DNA of 64,000 nucleotides from Verrucomicrobiota bacterium (GTDB taxonomy: Bacteria; Verrucomicrobiota; Verrucomicrobiia; Limisphaerales; SXTU01), in assembly GCA_016235545.1 (NCBI GenBank), contig JACRKB010000189.1, forward strand, positions 1,863 through 65,862, given 5' to 3'. Positions within the stretch are counted from its first letter, which is position 1. Each line of letters begins with the position of its first letter. Shown here piece after piece: positions 8,762-18,230 of this stretch. The notes below the pieces were generated by a model that had not been told where the DNA came from, made no database searches, and was given only the letters and a program-made list of their open reading frames with translations. The position numbers and the translations under genes are program-made.

Positions 8762-9073
8762 ATGTCAACCCGACTCCTTGTCCTCGCCCTGGCTTGCGCC
8801 GTGATTTGCGGTTGTCGGCGAAAAGCGCAGCCTGCGGAGACCGCTGCCCCTCCTGCACCCGTCGCCATGCCGCGCAATGAGCCGGGAGCCACCGTGAGCC
8901 TTGAACAGTTGAACCAAGCCCTCAAGATGCACTACGAGGTTAGCCCAATCGTGCCCGACGATTTGACCGTCCTGGTTCGCGCCAAGATCATCCCCTCTGT
9001 CCCCCCGCCGCCGCCCGGCAAGAAATACTTTGTGGACAAGCAAAAGGTGGAAGTGCGGCTGGTGAACCAGTAG
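8762..9073 (+). CDS. Small secreted lipoprotein with C-terminal PPPPPGKKY motif; homolog of 925-1251
   Basis: MSTRLLVLALACAVICGC lipobox, a Pro/Ala linker, and the ending IPSVPPPPPGKKYFVDKQKVEVRLVNQ. It occupies the same position after a pilin-like gene as 925-1251. Confidence 0.6.
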   Translation: MSTRLLVLALACAVICGCRRKAQPAETAAPPAPVAMPRNEPGATVSLEQLNQALKMHYEVSPIVPDDLTVLVRAKIIPSVPPPPPGKKYFVDKQKVEVRLVNQ

Positions 9074-9087
9074 GCGGCAATTTGTTA

Positions 9088-9309
9088 TGATGTCATTTCG
9101 GAAAGAGATTCGGCGGAATGGCAAGGAACCGCGACGTGCGCTGGCTCCCTCTCCCTCCCTCGGAGGAGGGGAGAGGGGTTGCGTGGGTAGGCATGGGACG
9201 CCCCACCCCTCATCCGGCCTGCGGCCACCTTCTCCCCTCCTCCGAGGAAGGGAGAAGGTGCGCGTCGTGGCATCCTGTTTGCATTCCACCGACTGGCATT
9301 GAGAATAGG
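9088..9309 (+). repeat. MITE/REP-like structured intergenic repeat, copy B
   Basis: Same orientation and architecture as copy A. It sits between the lipoprotein stop (9073) and the probable GTG start of the SMP-30 gene (9331). Confidence 0.85.
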
Positions 9310-9330
9310 CATGAGTTGTCAGGGAATCTT

Positions 9331-10188
9331 GTGAAGCCAGACCTTGTTGCGGACTGCCAGTGCGTGATTGGCGAGGGGCCGCTGTGGCACCCGACCGAGA
9401 AGCGTGTTTATTGGACCGACATCCCTGCGGGAAAAATGTTCCGCTACGATCCAGCCACTGGCCAGCATGAGCAGTTCTACGAGGGCGAGGTGGTGGGCGG
9501 ATTCACCATTCAGGCTGACGGGGGCCTGCTCTTGTTCATGGCGCGCGGCGCGGTGAAAGTCTGGCGCGATGGCAAACTCACGACGGTAATCGCAGAAATC
9601 CCCGGCGAACTCGGCTCGCGGTTCAATGACGTGATTGCCGACCCGGCAGGCCGGGTGTTCTGCGGCACGATGTCCTGCGAGGAGCACGCCGGCTCGCTCT
9701 ACCGGCTCGACACCGACGGGCGGCTCACCAAGGTGCTAGGCGGCATCGCCTGCTCCAACGGCATGGGCTTCACGCCCGACCGCCGGCACCTTTATTACAC
9801 CGACTCTTTGAAGCGTGAGATCTACCGTTTCGACTACGATGCGGCGACCGGCTCCATCGCCAACCAGCAGTTGTTTGAGCGCACGCCCCAGGGCGAGGGC
9901 TTGCCTGACGGGCTGACCGTGGACGCCGAGGGCTGCGTGTGGTCGGCGCGTTGGGACGGCAGCATGCTCGTGCGGTTCGCGCCCGATGGAAGCGAGGAGC
10001 GGCGCATCACTTTTCCGGCGAGGAAGGTCTCCAGCGCCAGTTTCGGCGGAGACGATCTCTCCGACCTGTATGTGACGACCGCTGGCGGCGACCAGCGGGC
10101 GACGGAAGGCGCGGGCGCGGGCGCGCTGTTTCGAGTGCGGTCCGGCATCCGGGGGCTGCCTGAATTTTGTTCGCGCGTCGGCCTGTGA
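9331..10188 (+). CDS. SMP-30/gluconolactonase/LRE family protein (sugar lactonase)
   Basis: DCQCVIGEGPLWHPTEKRVYWTDIPAGKMFRYDP, NDVIADPAGRVF and SNGMGFTPDRRHLYYTDS are typical SMP-30 propeller motifs. I chose the in-frame GTG at 9331 because the upstream ATG at 9118 lies inside repeat copy B. Confidence 0.8.
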   Translation: MKPDLVADCQCVIGEGPLWHPTEKRVYWTDIPAGKMFRYDPATGQHEQFYEGEVVGGFTIQADGGLLLFMARGAVKVWRDGKLTTVIAEIPGELGSRFNDVIADPAGRVFCGTMSCEEHAGSLYRLDTDGRLTKVLGGIACSNGMGFTPDRRHLYYTDSLKREIYRFDYDAATGSIANQQLFERTPQGEGLPDGLTVDAEGCVWSARWDGSMLVRFAPDGSEERRITFPARKVSSASFGGDDLSDLYVTTAGGDQRATEGAGAGALFRVRSGIRGLPEFCSRVGL

Positions 10189-10308
10189 AATCTTGTCCCT
10201 CACGTGGCCAATCGCCTACGCTGGGCCGTGCGCCCCACTAGCTGAAGGTTTTGCCATGCTCAGCAATGTCGCTCCTGAAGCATCTGCGCGCTTGAACTTG
10301 TTCTCAAA

Positions 10309-11649
10309 ATGACTGACCGCTACGCCAATTCCCGACGCCTCTTCGAGCGCGCTACCCGCAGCATCGCCGCCGGCGTGAACAGCGGCATCCGCAAGATGGA
10401 GCAGCCGGTGCCGCTCTACTTCCAGCGCGGCACCGGCTCCCGTGTGTGGGATGTGGACGGCAACGAATACATTGATTTCCAGATCGGCCAGGGCGCGCTG
10501 CTTTACGGTCATGCTCCCGCCGGCATGGCCGAGGCCATCGCGGCGCAGGCCAGGCTCGGCACGCATTGGGCCGCGCAGTCGGAGCTGGAGATCGAAGTCG
10601 CCGAGCGCTTGCAGGCGATGATTCCCTCCGCGGAACTCGTGCGGTTGAACAATTCCGCCACCGAGGCGGTGCTCTCCGCGTTGCGGCTCGCGCGCGGCCA
10701 CACGGGTCGGCCGCTCATCCTCAAGTTCGAGGGCCACTATCACGGCTGGGCTGACGAGGGCCTGGTAGGTTTCGCGCCGCCCCCGGACAAGTGGGGCACC
10801 GACGAAGCGCCGGCACGCCTGCACCCCAGCCAGGGCGTCATCCCCGAGGTGCTGGAGAAATTTGTCGTCGCGCGCTGGAACGATCCCGACCACCTGCGCC
10901 GCCGCGTCGCGGAGTTCAAGGGCCAGATCGCCGCGATCATTTTCGAGCCGGTGCTCTGCAACACCGGCTGCATGGAGCCGGTGCCCGGCATGATCGAGAC
11001 GATCCGCGAGCTGTGCGACCGCGAGGGGATGCTGATGATCGCGGACGAGACGATTACCGGCTTCCGCTTCGGCCCCGGTGGGGCGCAGAAACATTTTGGC
11101 TTCGTGCCCGACCTGACGGTTCTCGGCAAAGCGGTTGGCGGCGGCGTGCCTTTCGCCGCGTTGGTGGGCAGGCAGGCCGCTATGAGGAAGATCATTGACG
11201 GCTCGGTTGTTCACGCGGGCACGCTCAATGGCAATCCTCTCTGCCTCGCCGCGAGCAAGTGGTGCCTCGACAGCATCGCATCGCTCGGCGAGCGGCATCC
11301 GCGCGAGGTCACCGCGCTCGGCAGCCAGATGATGGCCGGACTGCGCGTGCTAGCGGACCGCCACGGCATCCCGCTGCGCCCGCAAGGGCCGGGCCTTGTC
11401 TTTCACACCGTCATGCTCAAACCCGGTGCGGCTGAAGGCACGGTTCGGGATTACCGCGACTACGTGCGCCGCCATGATGCCACACGCTGGACGCATCTTC
11501 GCCGCTGTCTGCTGGACGACGGTGTGCGGGCCATTGAGCGCGGCCTTTGGTTCATCAGCCTCGCGCACCGGCAGGCCGATGTGGCCGAGGCTTTGCAGAA
11601 GGCGGAACGCAGCTTCGCACGGCACGCGAGCGAGTGGAAACCCGTCTGA
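10309..11649 (+). CDS. Class III PLP-dependent aminotransferase family protein (glutamate-1-semialdehyde aminomutase-like)
   Basis: AAGVNSG, YFQRGTGSRVWDVDGNEYIDF, LNNSATEAV, ADETITGFR and the PLP lysine context DLTVLGKAVGGG. Confidence 0.8.
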   Translation: MTDRYANSRRLFERATRSIAAGVNSGIRKMEQPVPLYFQRGTGSRVWDVDGNEYIDFQIGQGALLYGHAPAGMAEAIAAQARLGTHWAAQSELEIEVAERLQAMIPSAELVRLNNSATEAVLSALRLARGHTGRPLILKFEGHYHGWADEGLVGFAPPPDKWGTDEAPARLHPSQGVIPEVLEKFVVARWNDPDHLRRRVAEFKGQIAAIIFEPVLCNTGCMEPVPGMIETIRELCDREGMLMIADETITGFRFGPGGAQKHFGFVPDLTVLGKAVGGGVPFAALVGRQAAMRKIIDGSVVHAGTLNGNPLCLAASKWCLDSIASLGERHPREVTALGSQMMAGLRVLADRHGIPLRPQGPGLVFHTVMLKPGAAEGTVRDYRDYVRRHDATRWTHLRRCLLDDGVRAIERGLWFISLAHRQADVAEALQKAERSFARHASEWKPV

Positions 11650-11657
11650 CGCCGGCC

Positions 11658-12059
11658 ATGAATCACCCGCTTGTTTCCCATCCTCGCGCCGCCGGGACGC
11701 CGGCTTCCCACCTTCCCTTCAGTCCATCCGTCGTGGTGGGCGACTTGATTTTCGTTTCCGGGCAAGCCTCGGTGGATGCGACGGGAAAGATCGTCAGCGA
11801 CACCTTTGACGGCGAGTTCCGCCGGTCGGTGGAAAATCTGCGTCTGGTGCTCGAAGCCGCCGGCAGCGACCTCGCTCATGTCGTGCAGACTCGCAACTAC
11901 GTCCGCGATGCGGTGGACGTGCCACGCTTCAATGAGCTCTACCGTGAGTATTTCTCCTCTCCGTTCCCCGCGCGCACGACCATCACCAACTGCCTCCCGC
12001 CCACGCTGCGTTATGAAATCGAAGCCGTCGCGGTGAGATGCCACAACCCATCACCATGA
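11658..12059 (+). CDS. ridA: RidA/YjgF/UK114 family enamine-imine deaminase
   Basis: FSPSVVVGDLIFVSGQASVD, the VQTRNYV region and ARTTI...LRYEIEAVAV are typical RidA features. ATG at 11658, 8 nt after the upstream stop. Confidence 0.8.
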   Translation: MNHPLVSHPRAAGTPASHLPFSPSVVVGDLIFVSGQASVDATGKIVSDTFDGEFRRSVENLRLVLEAAGSDLAHVVQTRNYVRDAVDVPRFNELYREYFSSPFPARTTITNCLPPTLRYEIEAVAVRCHNPSP

Positions 12060-13540
12060 CCGCCGAGAACCTTCTCAAATCATCGCTGTCGCTTGCCGCC
12101 AGCCTTCTGGTGATTGGCACCAGCCACGGTCGCGCCGCTGCCGCACCGCTGGACATCGGCTCGCGGCGCGAGCTCTTTGTGGACCGGCATCTCACCGAGC
12201 GCCTCGACCGCGTGAGCCTTCACCTGCACGAGCCGCGCGACGAAGGAGCTGTGCTGAAGTTCGATGAGCCGTGGGAGGGCCTTCACTCCGGCTATTGCAC
12301 TGTGATCCGCGACGGGGCGCAGTTTCGCGTTTATTATCGCGGGCTGCCGGTGACGGGGCGCGATGGCACTCCCAACGAAGTCACCTGCGTCGCTGAGTCC
12401 TCCGACGGCATCCGCTGGAAGAAGCCGAAGCTCGGCCAGTTCGAAGTGCGCGGCACAAAGGAGAACAACGTCGTGCTGGCCGACGCCACTCCCTTCTCGC
12501 ACAACTTCAGCCCGTTCCTCGACCCACGACCGGGCTGCCCGCCGGAGCAGCGCTACAAGGCAATCGCCGGACTCGACGGCAGCGGGCTGGCCGCATTCGT
12601 GTCCGCCGACGGGCTGCGCTGGACGAAGCTTCGCAGCGAGGCCGTCATCCCGCGCAAGGCCCCGTTCAAATTCACCCATCTGTTCGACTCTCAAAACCTC
12701 GCGTTCTGGTCCGAGTCCGAGAGGAAATACGTCTGCTACTTCCGCGTCTGGGACGGCGTCCGCCGCATCGCACGCTGCGAGAGCGCTGACTTCCTCCAGT
12801 GGAGCGACCCCGTCCTGATGGGCTACGTGACCGACGGCCAGCCATCGCCGGTCGAGGAGCTTTACACGAACCAGACCCATCCATACTTCCGCGCGCCTCA
12901 AATCTACGTCGCGGTAGCCGCGCGCTTCGTCCCCGGACGACAGGCCATCAGCGACGAGGAGGCCGCCGCGCTCCGCGTCGCCAAGGGCTACCACAAGGAC
13001 GTGTCCGATGCCGTGCTCATGACCACGCGGGGCGGCAGCGCCTACGACCGCACGTTCCTGAGCTCCTTCATCCGGCCTGGCATCGGCGCGCGGAACTGGG
13101 TCTCTCGCTCGAACTATCCCGCTTGGGGAATCGTCCAGACCGGACCGGACGAGATGTCCCTCTACACGAACCAGGACTACGCGCAGCCGACCGCCCACTT
13201 GCATCGCTACTCGCTGCGGCTCGACGGCTTCGCCTCGGTCCGCGCTGACTATGGCGGCGGCGAACTGCTCACCAAGCCGCTGCGGTTCACCGGTGCTTCG
13301 CTCCGGCTCAACTTCTCCACGTCCGCAGCCGGCTCGATTCGTGTCGAGGTTCAGGACGGGGCCGGCAAGCCGATTTCCGGTTTCGCGGCAGCCGACTGTG
13401 TTGCCGTGATTGGCAACGACACAGACCGCCCGGTGCGGTGGAAGCCCGGCGGCGACCTCGCCAAGCTCGCCGGCCAGCCGGTCCGGCTGCGTTTCGTGAT
13501 GAAGGACGCGGATGTCTTCGCGCTACGTTTCGCTCCCTAG
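12056..13540 (+). CDS. Secreted Asp-box beta-propeller glycosidase-like protein (paralog group with 19393 and 32414)
   Basis: Signal peptide, then LFVDRHL...LHEP...PWEG...FRVYYRG. Asp-box-like ESSDGIRWKKPKLG and SADGLRWTK. An ATGA start/stop overlap with ridA supports the ATG at 12056. Confidence 0.55.
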   Translation: MTAENLLKSSLSLAASLLVIGTSHGRAAAAPLDIGSRRELFVDRHLTERLDRVSLHLHEPRDEGAVLKFDEPWEGLHSGYCTVIRDGAQFRVYYRGLPVTGRDGTPNEVTCVAESSDGIRWKKPKLGQFEVRGTKENNVVLADATPFSHNFSPFLDPRPGCPPEQRYKAIAGLDGSGLAAFVSADGLRWTKLRSEAVIPRKAPFKFTHLFDSQNLAFWSESERKYVCYFRVWDGVRRIARCESADFLQWSDPVLMGYVTDGQPSPVEELYTNQTHPYFRAPQIYVAVAARFVPGRQAISDEEAAALRVAKGYHKDVSDAVLMTTRGGSAYDRTFLSSFIRPGIGARNWVSRSNYPAWGIVQTGPDEMSLYTNQDYAQPTAHLHRYSLRLDGFASVRADYGGGELLTKPLRFTGASLRLNFSTSAAGSIRVEVQDGAGKPISGFAAADCVAVIGNDTDRPVRWKPGGDLAKLAGQPVRLRFVMKDADVFALRFAP

Positions 13541-13605
13541 CCGCCATGCACTGGCCTCCTGCGACAACCTCCCGTGTTCCACTCAACTGACAGAATGATT
13601 TCGTT

Positions 13606-15093
13606 ATGAGATTTTTGGACTGGCTGGTGATCGCCGGCTACGCCGCCGGCATGCTCGCGATCGGGCGCTACTACGCATCGCAGAACAAGACCACCGAAGA
13701 CTACCTCCTCGGGGGACGGCGCATGAGTCCTTTTGCCATCGGGCTTTCGCTGTTCGCCACGCTGACCAGCTCGCTCTCCTACCTCGCGGTGCCGGGCGAG
13801 ACGATCAAGCACGGCCCCATGCTGATGTCGCAGTTCGCGTCGTTCCCGTTCATCGCGCTCGTGGTGGGCTGGGGTTTGATCCCGTTCATCATGCGGCAGA
13901 ACGTGACCAGCGCATATGCGATGCTCGAAGAACGTTTCGGCGTCAGCGTGCGGCTCGTGGGCGCGACGATGTTCCTGACCATGCGCCTGGCCTGGATGGC
14001 GACGATCCTGTATGCGACGTCCGACAAGGTTCTCGCGCCGATGCTGGGCCTGGGGCCGCAGGCAACGATCTTTGCCGCCGTGATCATGTGCGTCATCACG
14101 CTCATCTACACGGCGGAGGGCGGCTTGCGCGCCGTGGTCGTCACCGATGTCGTCCAGTCCCTGATCATGATCGGCGGCGCGTTGGCGGTGGTCCTCGTCG
14201 TCACGGTGGACTTGGGCGGCGTCTCCGCCTGGTGGCCGCATCAATGGGCCGCGCACTGGGACGCGCCGCAGTTCGGCTTCGACTCCTCCACCCGCATCAC
14301 TTTCCTCGGCATCGCCACCTCGGCCTTCGCCTGGTATGTGTGCACCTGCGGCTCGGACCAGATGGCGATTCAGCGCTGGCTCTCCACGCGCGACGCGCCC
14401 GCAGCCCGCAGGTCCCTGTTCACCACGCTCGTTGCGGAAGCCATCATCGGCCTCCTGCTGGGACTGGTCGGCCTCGCGGTGGTGGGCTACTTCACCGCGC
14501 ATCCAGAACACTTCACAAGCTCCGCCAACCTCGTCACCTCTGCGGACCGGCTTTTCCCGCGCTTCGTCATGGTCGGCCTGCCAGCGGGAATGACCGGGCT
14601 GATCATTGCGGCGGTGCTGGCCGCCGCGATGTCCAGCCTGTCGGCGGGGATGAACTCCTCGTCCTCGGTGATCACGGAGGATTTCATCGCGCGTTTCCGA
14701 TCCGCGCCGATGACCGACACCGCCCGCATGAAGCTGGCGCGGCTCCTCTCCGTGGGCATCGGCGTCACCGTGATACTGCTCAGCCTGCTGGTGAGCCAGA
14801 TTGAGGGCAACCTCGTGGATGTTTGCTACCGCGCCATCAACCTGCTGACCGCGCCGCTCTTCGTGCTCTTCTTCATGGCCATCTTCGTGCGCTGGGCCAC
14901 GACGTTCGGCGCGCTGATGGCGGGGCTGGCAAGCGTGGTCACGGCGGTGTGCATCGCCTTCTCAGGGCCGCTGGGTCTTCCTCCCGTCAGCATCATGTGG
15001 ATCATGCCGGGGTCTTTCGCCACCGGCGTCATCTGTGGAAGCATCGCCAGCCTGCTGCCCATCGGCTCCCGGTCCAAGGCTGGACAGTCGTAA
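13606..15093 (+). CDS. Sodium:solute symporter (SSS/SSF) family transporter
   Basis: Polytopic hydrophobic protein. The N-terminal YLLGGRRMSPFAIGLSLFATLTSSLSYLAVPGE is characteristic of the SSF family. Confidence 0.85.
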   Translation: MRFLDWLVIAGYAAGMLAIGRYYASQNKTTEDYLLGGRRMSPFAIGLSLFATLTSSLSYLAVPGETIKHGPMLMSQFASFPFIALVVGWGLIPFIMRQNVTSAYAMLEERFGVSVRLVGATMFLTMRLAWMATILYATSDKVLAPMLGLGPQATIFAAVIMCVITLIYTAEGGLRAVVVTDVVQSLIMIGGALAVVLVVTVDLGGVSAWWPHQWAAHWDAPQFGFDSSTRITFLGIATSAFAWYVCTCGSDQMAIQRWLSTRDAPAARRSLFTTLVAEAIIGLLLGLVGLAVVGYFTAHPEHFTSSANLVTSADRLFPRFVMVGLPAGMTGLIIAAVLAAAMSSLSAGMNSSSSVITEDFIARFRSAPMTDTARMKLARLLSVGIGVTVILLSLLVSQIEGNLVDVCYRAINLLTAPLFVLFFMAIFVRWATTFGALMAGLASVVTAVCIAFSGPLGLPPVSIMWIMPGSFATGVICGSIASLLPIGSRSKAGQS

Positions 15094-15115
15094 TCACGCT
15101 CGGACCGGAACCGCC

Positions 15116-17461
15116 ATGCCGCTCCAGCTCGTCACGCAACTCACCGACACTGACCGCCGCCTGCTCGTCCGTGCGTCGGATGGATTCGTGCCGGAGCAAG
15201 TGTTCGACATCCACGCGCATCTGTTTCACTCGCGCCATTTCGCCGCCGGCAATCGCCCGGCTTTTTTGGATGAGAATCGCGGCTATGGCGTGCGTGACTT
15301 CGACGAAGCGATGGCCCGCTGGATGCCGGGCCGCACGGTGGAAGGCTTGTTCTTCGGCTATCCAAGTCCGGGCAACAATCGCGCCGGCGAGAACGCCTGG
15401 CTGAACGAGCAAGTCAGCCCGCTCGCCGGCAACACGAACTCCCGCGCGCTCGTGCTCGCCGCGCCCACGGATGACCCGGCGGAGGTTCGCCGGCTGTTGG
15501 CGACCGGCGTCTTTGTCGGCATCAAGCCGTATCGTCTCTACGCTGACGTGTCGGACACGCGCGAGGCGGCGATTGAATCCTTCGCGCGCGAATGGATGTG
15601 GGAGGCCTGCCATGACCACGATGGCGTGATGGTCCTGCACATCATGCTCGCCGATGGCATCACCGACCCGCGTAACGTCGAGGCAATCCGCCGCCTCTGC
15701 CGCCGCTACCCGCGCTGCCGGCTCGTGCTCGCGCATATCGCGCGCTCGTTCAACTACCGCCACGCACGCGATGGACTTCATGCCGTCGCGGACCTCGACA
15801 ACGTGGTCGTGGACACCTCCGCGGTGACACAGGCCGGTGCTTTTCGCGCCGCCTTGGAAATCCTCGGCCCGCGCCGCGTGCTGTGGGGCAGCGACTACAT
15901 GGTGAGCGAGCTGCGCGGCTCGTGCATTTCGCAGGGCGATGGCTTCACCTGGATTTACTCGGAAGACGAATCCGCGCAGAAGCTCACCATCTTCGGCAGC
16001 TACACGCTCGTCGGCATCGAGTCGCTGCTGTGCCTGCGCGAAGCCTGCGACGACACGGGCATGACGACCGCCGATGCGCGGGACATTTTTCACGACAACG
16101 CGCTGCGCCTCCTCGCACCTCATCTGCGCGCCGAAATCCGTCCCGTCGCCGCCAGCGGTCCCGAGCTGTGGTCGCAGGCGAAGACGAAAATCTCCTGCGG
16201 CACCGGACTGCTCTCCAAGCGCGCGCACCTGTTCGACCCGGTTGAATGGCCGTCCTATTTCTCGCGCTGCAAAGGCGCGGACATCTGGGACACGCAGGGG
16301 CGGCGCCTGACGGACTTCACCGGCGGAGTCGGAGCCATCCTACTCGGCCACGCGGATGAGGATGTGAACCGCGCGGTCGTCCGGCGCGTGTCGCACGGCA
16401 CCTACTGCACGCTCGTCTCGCCCGATGAGCCTGTGCTCGCGGAGCAACTCCTCGCCCTGCATCCGTGGGCCGCGCGTGTGCGCTACGCGCGCGGCGGCGG
16501 CGAGGCGCTCTCGCTCGCCGTTCGCATTGCCCGCGCGGCCACGGGCAAGAGCGGCATCGCCTTCTGCGGTTACCACGGCTGGAGCGATTGGTATCTCGCG
16601 GCCAATCTCGCCGATGACAAATCGCTCGATGGCCACCTGCTGCCCGGCCTCACGCCGCTCGGTGTGCCGCGCGAACTCGCCGGCACGGCGGTGCCGTTTC
16701 GCTACAACGACCCCGCGTCGTTCCGCGAGGCCATCACAAAGCTGGGCGGCAACTTCGCCGCCGTCGTGATGGAACCAATGCGCTCCGAGTCGCCGCGCGA
16801 CGGCTTTCTGCAAAACATCATCGCTGAGTGCCAGCAGCGCGGCGCGGTCTTTGTTCTGGATGAAGTCACCAGCGGCTGGCGCTACGGCTTTCCGGGCGCG
16901 TCACCGGGACTCGGCATCGAGCCGGACATCGCCGTCTATGCGAAGGCGATGAGCAACGGCATCCCCTGCGCCGCCATCGTCGGTCGCGCGAGCGTGATGG
17001 ATGCCGCGAACGAGAGCTTCATCTCCAGCAGCTACTGGACGGACGGCATCGGCCCCGCCGCCGCGCTGGCGTGCATCGGCAAGATGCAGCGGCTCGGTGT
17101 GCAGGCGCGTGTGTGGGCGCTCGGCGAACGGATGCAGCAAGGCTTGCGCGACATTGCGGCCCGTCATCCCGCACTGAACATCAAGGTCGGCGGCCAGCCC
17201 TGCGCGCCGTCGTTCGCCTTCGGTCTCGGTGACGACAGCGCGGCGGCAAAGGCGCTGATGATTCGGGGGATGCTGCACCGGCAATTCCTTTTCAGCAGCC
17301 AGCTCTACGCCATGTGGCCGCACAGCGAGGCGATGATTGCCGACATGCTTTCCGCGTTGGACGAGGTGCTCGTCGGCCTCGATGAGTTGCACGAGCGCGG
17401 CACCTTGCGCGCGGTGGCGGGGCCAGCCGTCGTCCCCGCAGGCTTTGCCCGGCTCGCTTGA
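15116..17461 (+). CDS. Fusion protein: amidohydrolase_2 (metal-dependent hydrolase/lactonase-like) domain plus class III PLP aminotransferase domain
   Basis: The N-terminal half has VFDIHAHLF (HxH), VLAHIARS and WGSDY, typical of the amidohydrolase TIM barrel. The C-terminal half has GAILLGHAD, the GYHGWSDWYL region, LDEVTSGWR and the PLP lysine context DIAVYAKAMSNG. Confidence 0.75.
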   Translation: MPLQLVTQLTDTDRRLLVRASDGFVPEQVFDIHAHLFHSRHFAAGNRPAFLDENRGYGVRDFDEAMARWMPGRTVEGLFFGYPSPGNNRAGENAWLNEQVSPLAGNTNSRALVLAAPTDDPAEVRRLLATGVFVGIKPYRLYADVSDTREAAIESFAREWMWEACHDHDGVMVLHIMLADGITDPRNVEAIRRLCRRYPRCRLVLAHIARSFNYRHARDGLHAVADLDNVVVDTSAVTQAGAFRAALEILGPRRVLWGSDYMVSELRGSCISQGDGFTWIYSEDESAQKLTIFGSYTLVGIESLLCLREACDDTGMTTADARDIFHDNALRLLAPHLRAEIRPVAASGPELWSQAKTKISCGTGLLSKRAHLFDPVEWPSYFSRCKGADIWDTQGRRLTDFTGGVGAILLGHADEDVNRAVVRRVSHGTYCTLVSPDEPVLAEQLLALHPWAARVRYARGGGEALSLAVRIARAATGKSGIAFCGYHGWSDWYLAANLADDKSLDGHLLPGLTPLGVPRELAGTAVPFRYNDPASFREAITKLGGNFAAVVMEPMRSESPRDGFLQNIIAECQQRGAVFVLDEVTSGWRYGFPGASPGLGIEPDIAVYAKAMSNGIPCAAIVGRASVMDAANESFISSSYWTDGIGPAAALACIGKMQRLGVQARVWALGERMQQGLRDIAARHPALNIKVGGQPCAPSFAFGLGDDSAAAKALMIRGMLHRQFLFSSQLYAMWPHSEAMIADMLSALDEVLVGLDELHERGTLRAVAGPAVVPAGFARLA

Positions 17462-17480
17462 TTGCCAAAAACAAAACACC

Positions 17481-18230
17481 ATGACCAGTCCATCAGAACA
17501 GGATTTGAACCGCATCGTCGCTGACTACCAACGCGACGGCGTTGTTGTGCTCCGGCATTTTTTCAGCGCAGAGGAAGTCGCCGAGGTGCGCGCCGAGGTC
17601 GAGCGCTACATCCGCGATGACCTTGCCACCAAGCCGGCCGACGCCGCCACGCGCGAGGCCGATGGCGTCACCGTCCGCAACCTCTGGCGGCTCGAACAGC
17701 ACAATGAAAAGCTGCGCGCCCTCGCCGCGTCGCCGGCTATCCGCGACCTCGTTGCTCCACTGGTGCACGGCGAACCGGTGCTCGCGGGCATCGAGACGTT
17801 CAACAAGCCGGCGCGCATCGGCTCCGGCGTGCCGTATCATCAGGACAACGCCTACTTCTGCCAGACGCCACCCGACATGCTGACAGTCTGGATCGCGCTC
17901 GACGCCGTGACGGCGGCGAACGGCCCCGTGTTCTTCGTGAAAGGCTCGCACAAGCTCGGGGCGCTACCCACCAAGCCCTCTGGGGTGCGCGGGAATTCCA
18001 TCGGCATGGCTGAGCCGTCCGCAGTGCCGCTGGCGGAACAGTTCTGCGGTCTGCTCGCGCCGGGTGATGCGACGATTCATCACTGCAACACGATCCACCA
18101 CTCCGCGCCGAACACGACGGATTTCCCGCGGCTCGGATTTCTGCTGGTCTTCCGTGGCCGGCACACGCAGACGGATCCCACCTTGAAAGCCACTTACACA
18201 ATCGCCGCCACCGCGACGCCGCCCGCATGA
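17481..18230 (+). CDS. Phytanoyl-CoA dioxygenase (PhyH) family Fe(II)/2-oxoglutarate oxygenase
   Basis: Y.RDGVVVLRHFFS at the N-terminus, an HxD triad element (VPYHQDNAYF) and a distal His (TIHHSAPN). Confidence 0.75.
   Translation: MTSPSEQDLNRIVADYQRDGVVVLRHFFSAEEVAEVRAEVERYIRDDLATKPADAATREADGVTVRNLWRLEQHNEKLRALAASPAIRDLVAPLVHGEPVLAGIETFNKPARIGSGVPYHQDNAYFCQTPPDMLTVWIALDAVTAANGPVFFVKGSHKLGALPTKPSGVRGNSIGMAEPSAVPLAEQFCGLLAPGDATIHHCNTIHHSAPNTTDFPRLGFLLVFRGRHTQTDPTLKATYTIAATATPPA

Noticed and set aside
98-9073. A type IV pilus or type II secretion operon
   Set aside because: Six prepilin-type genes are present, but there is no assembly ATPase, platform protein, secretin or prepilin peptidase in the window. 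These look like the dispersed H-X9-DG family typical of PVC genomes rather than a machinery operon.
9118-9330. N-terminal 71 codons of ORF 9118-10188
   Set aside because: This extension is encoded entirely by repeat copy B, and the same peptide appears at copy A without a downstream gene. SMP-30 homology begins right after the in-frame GTG at 9331.
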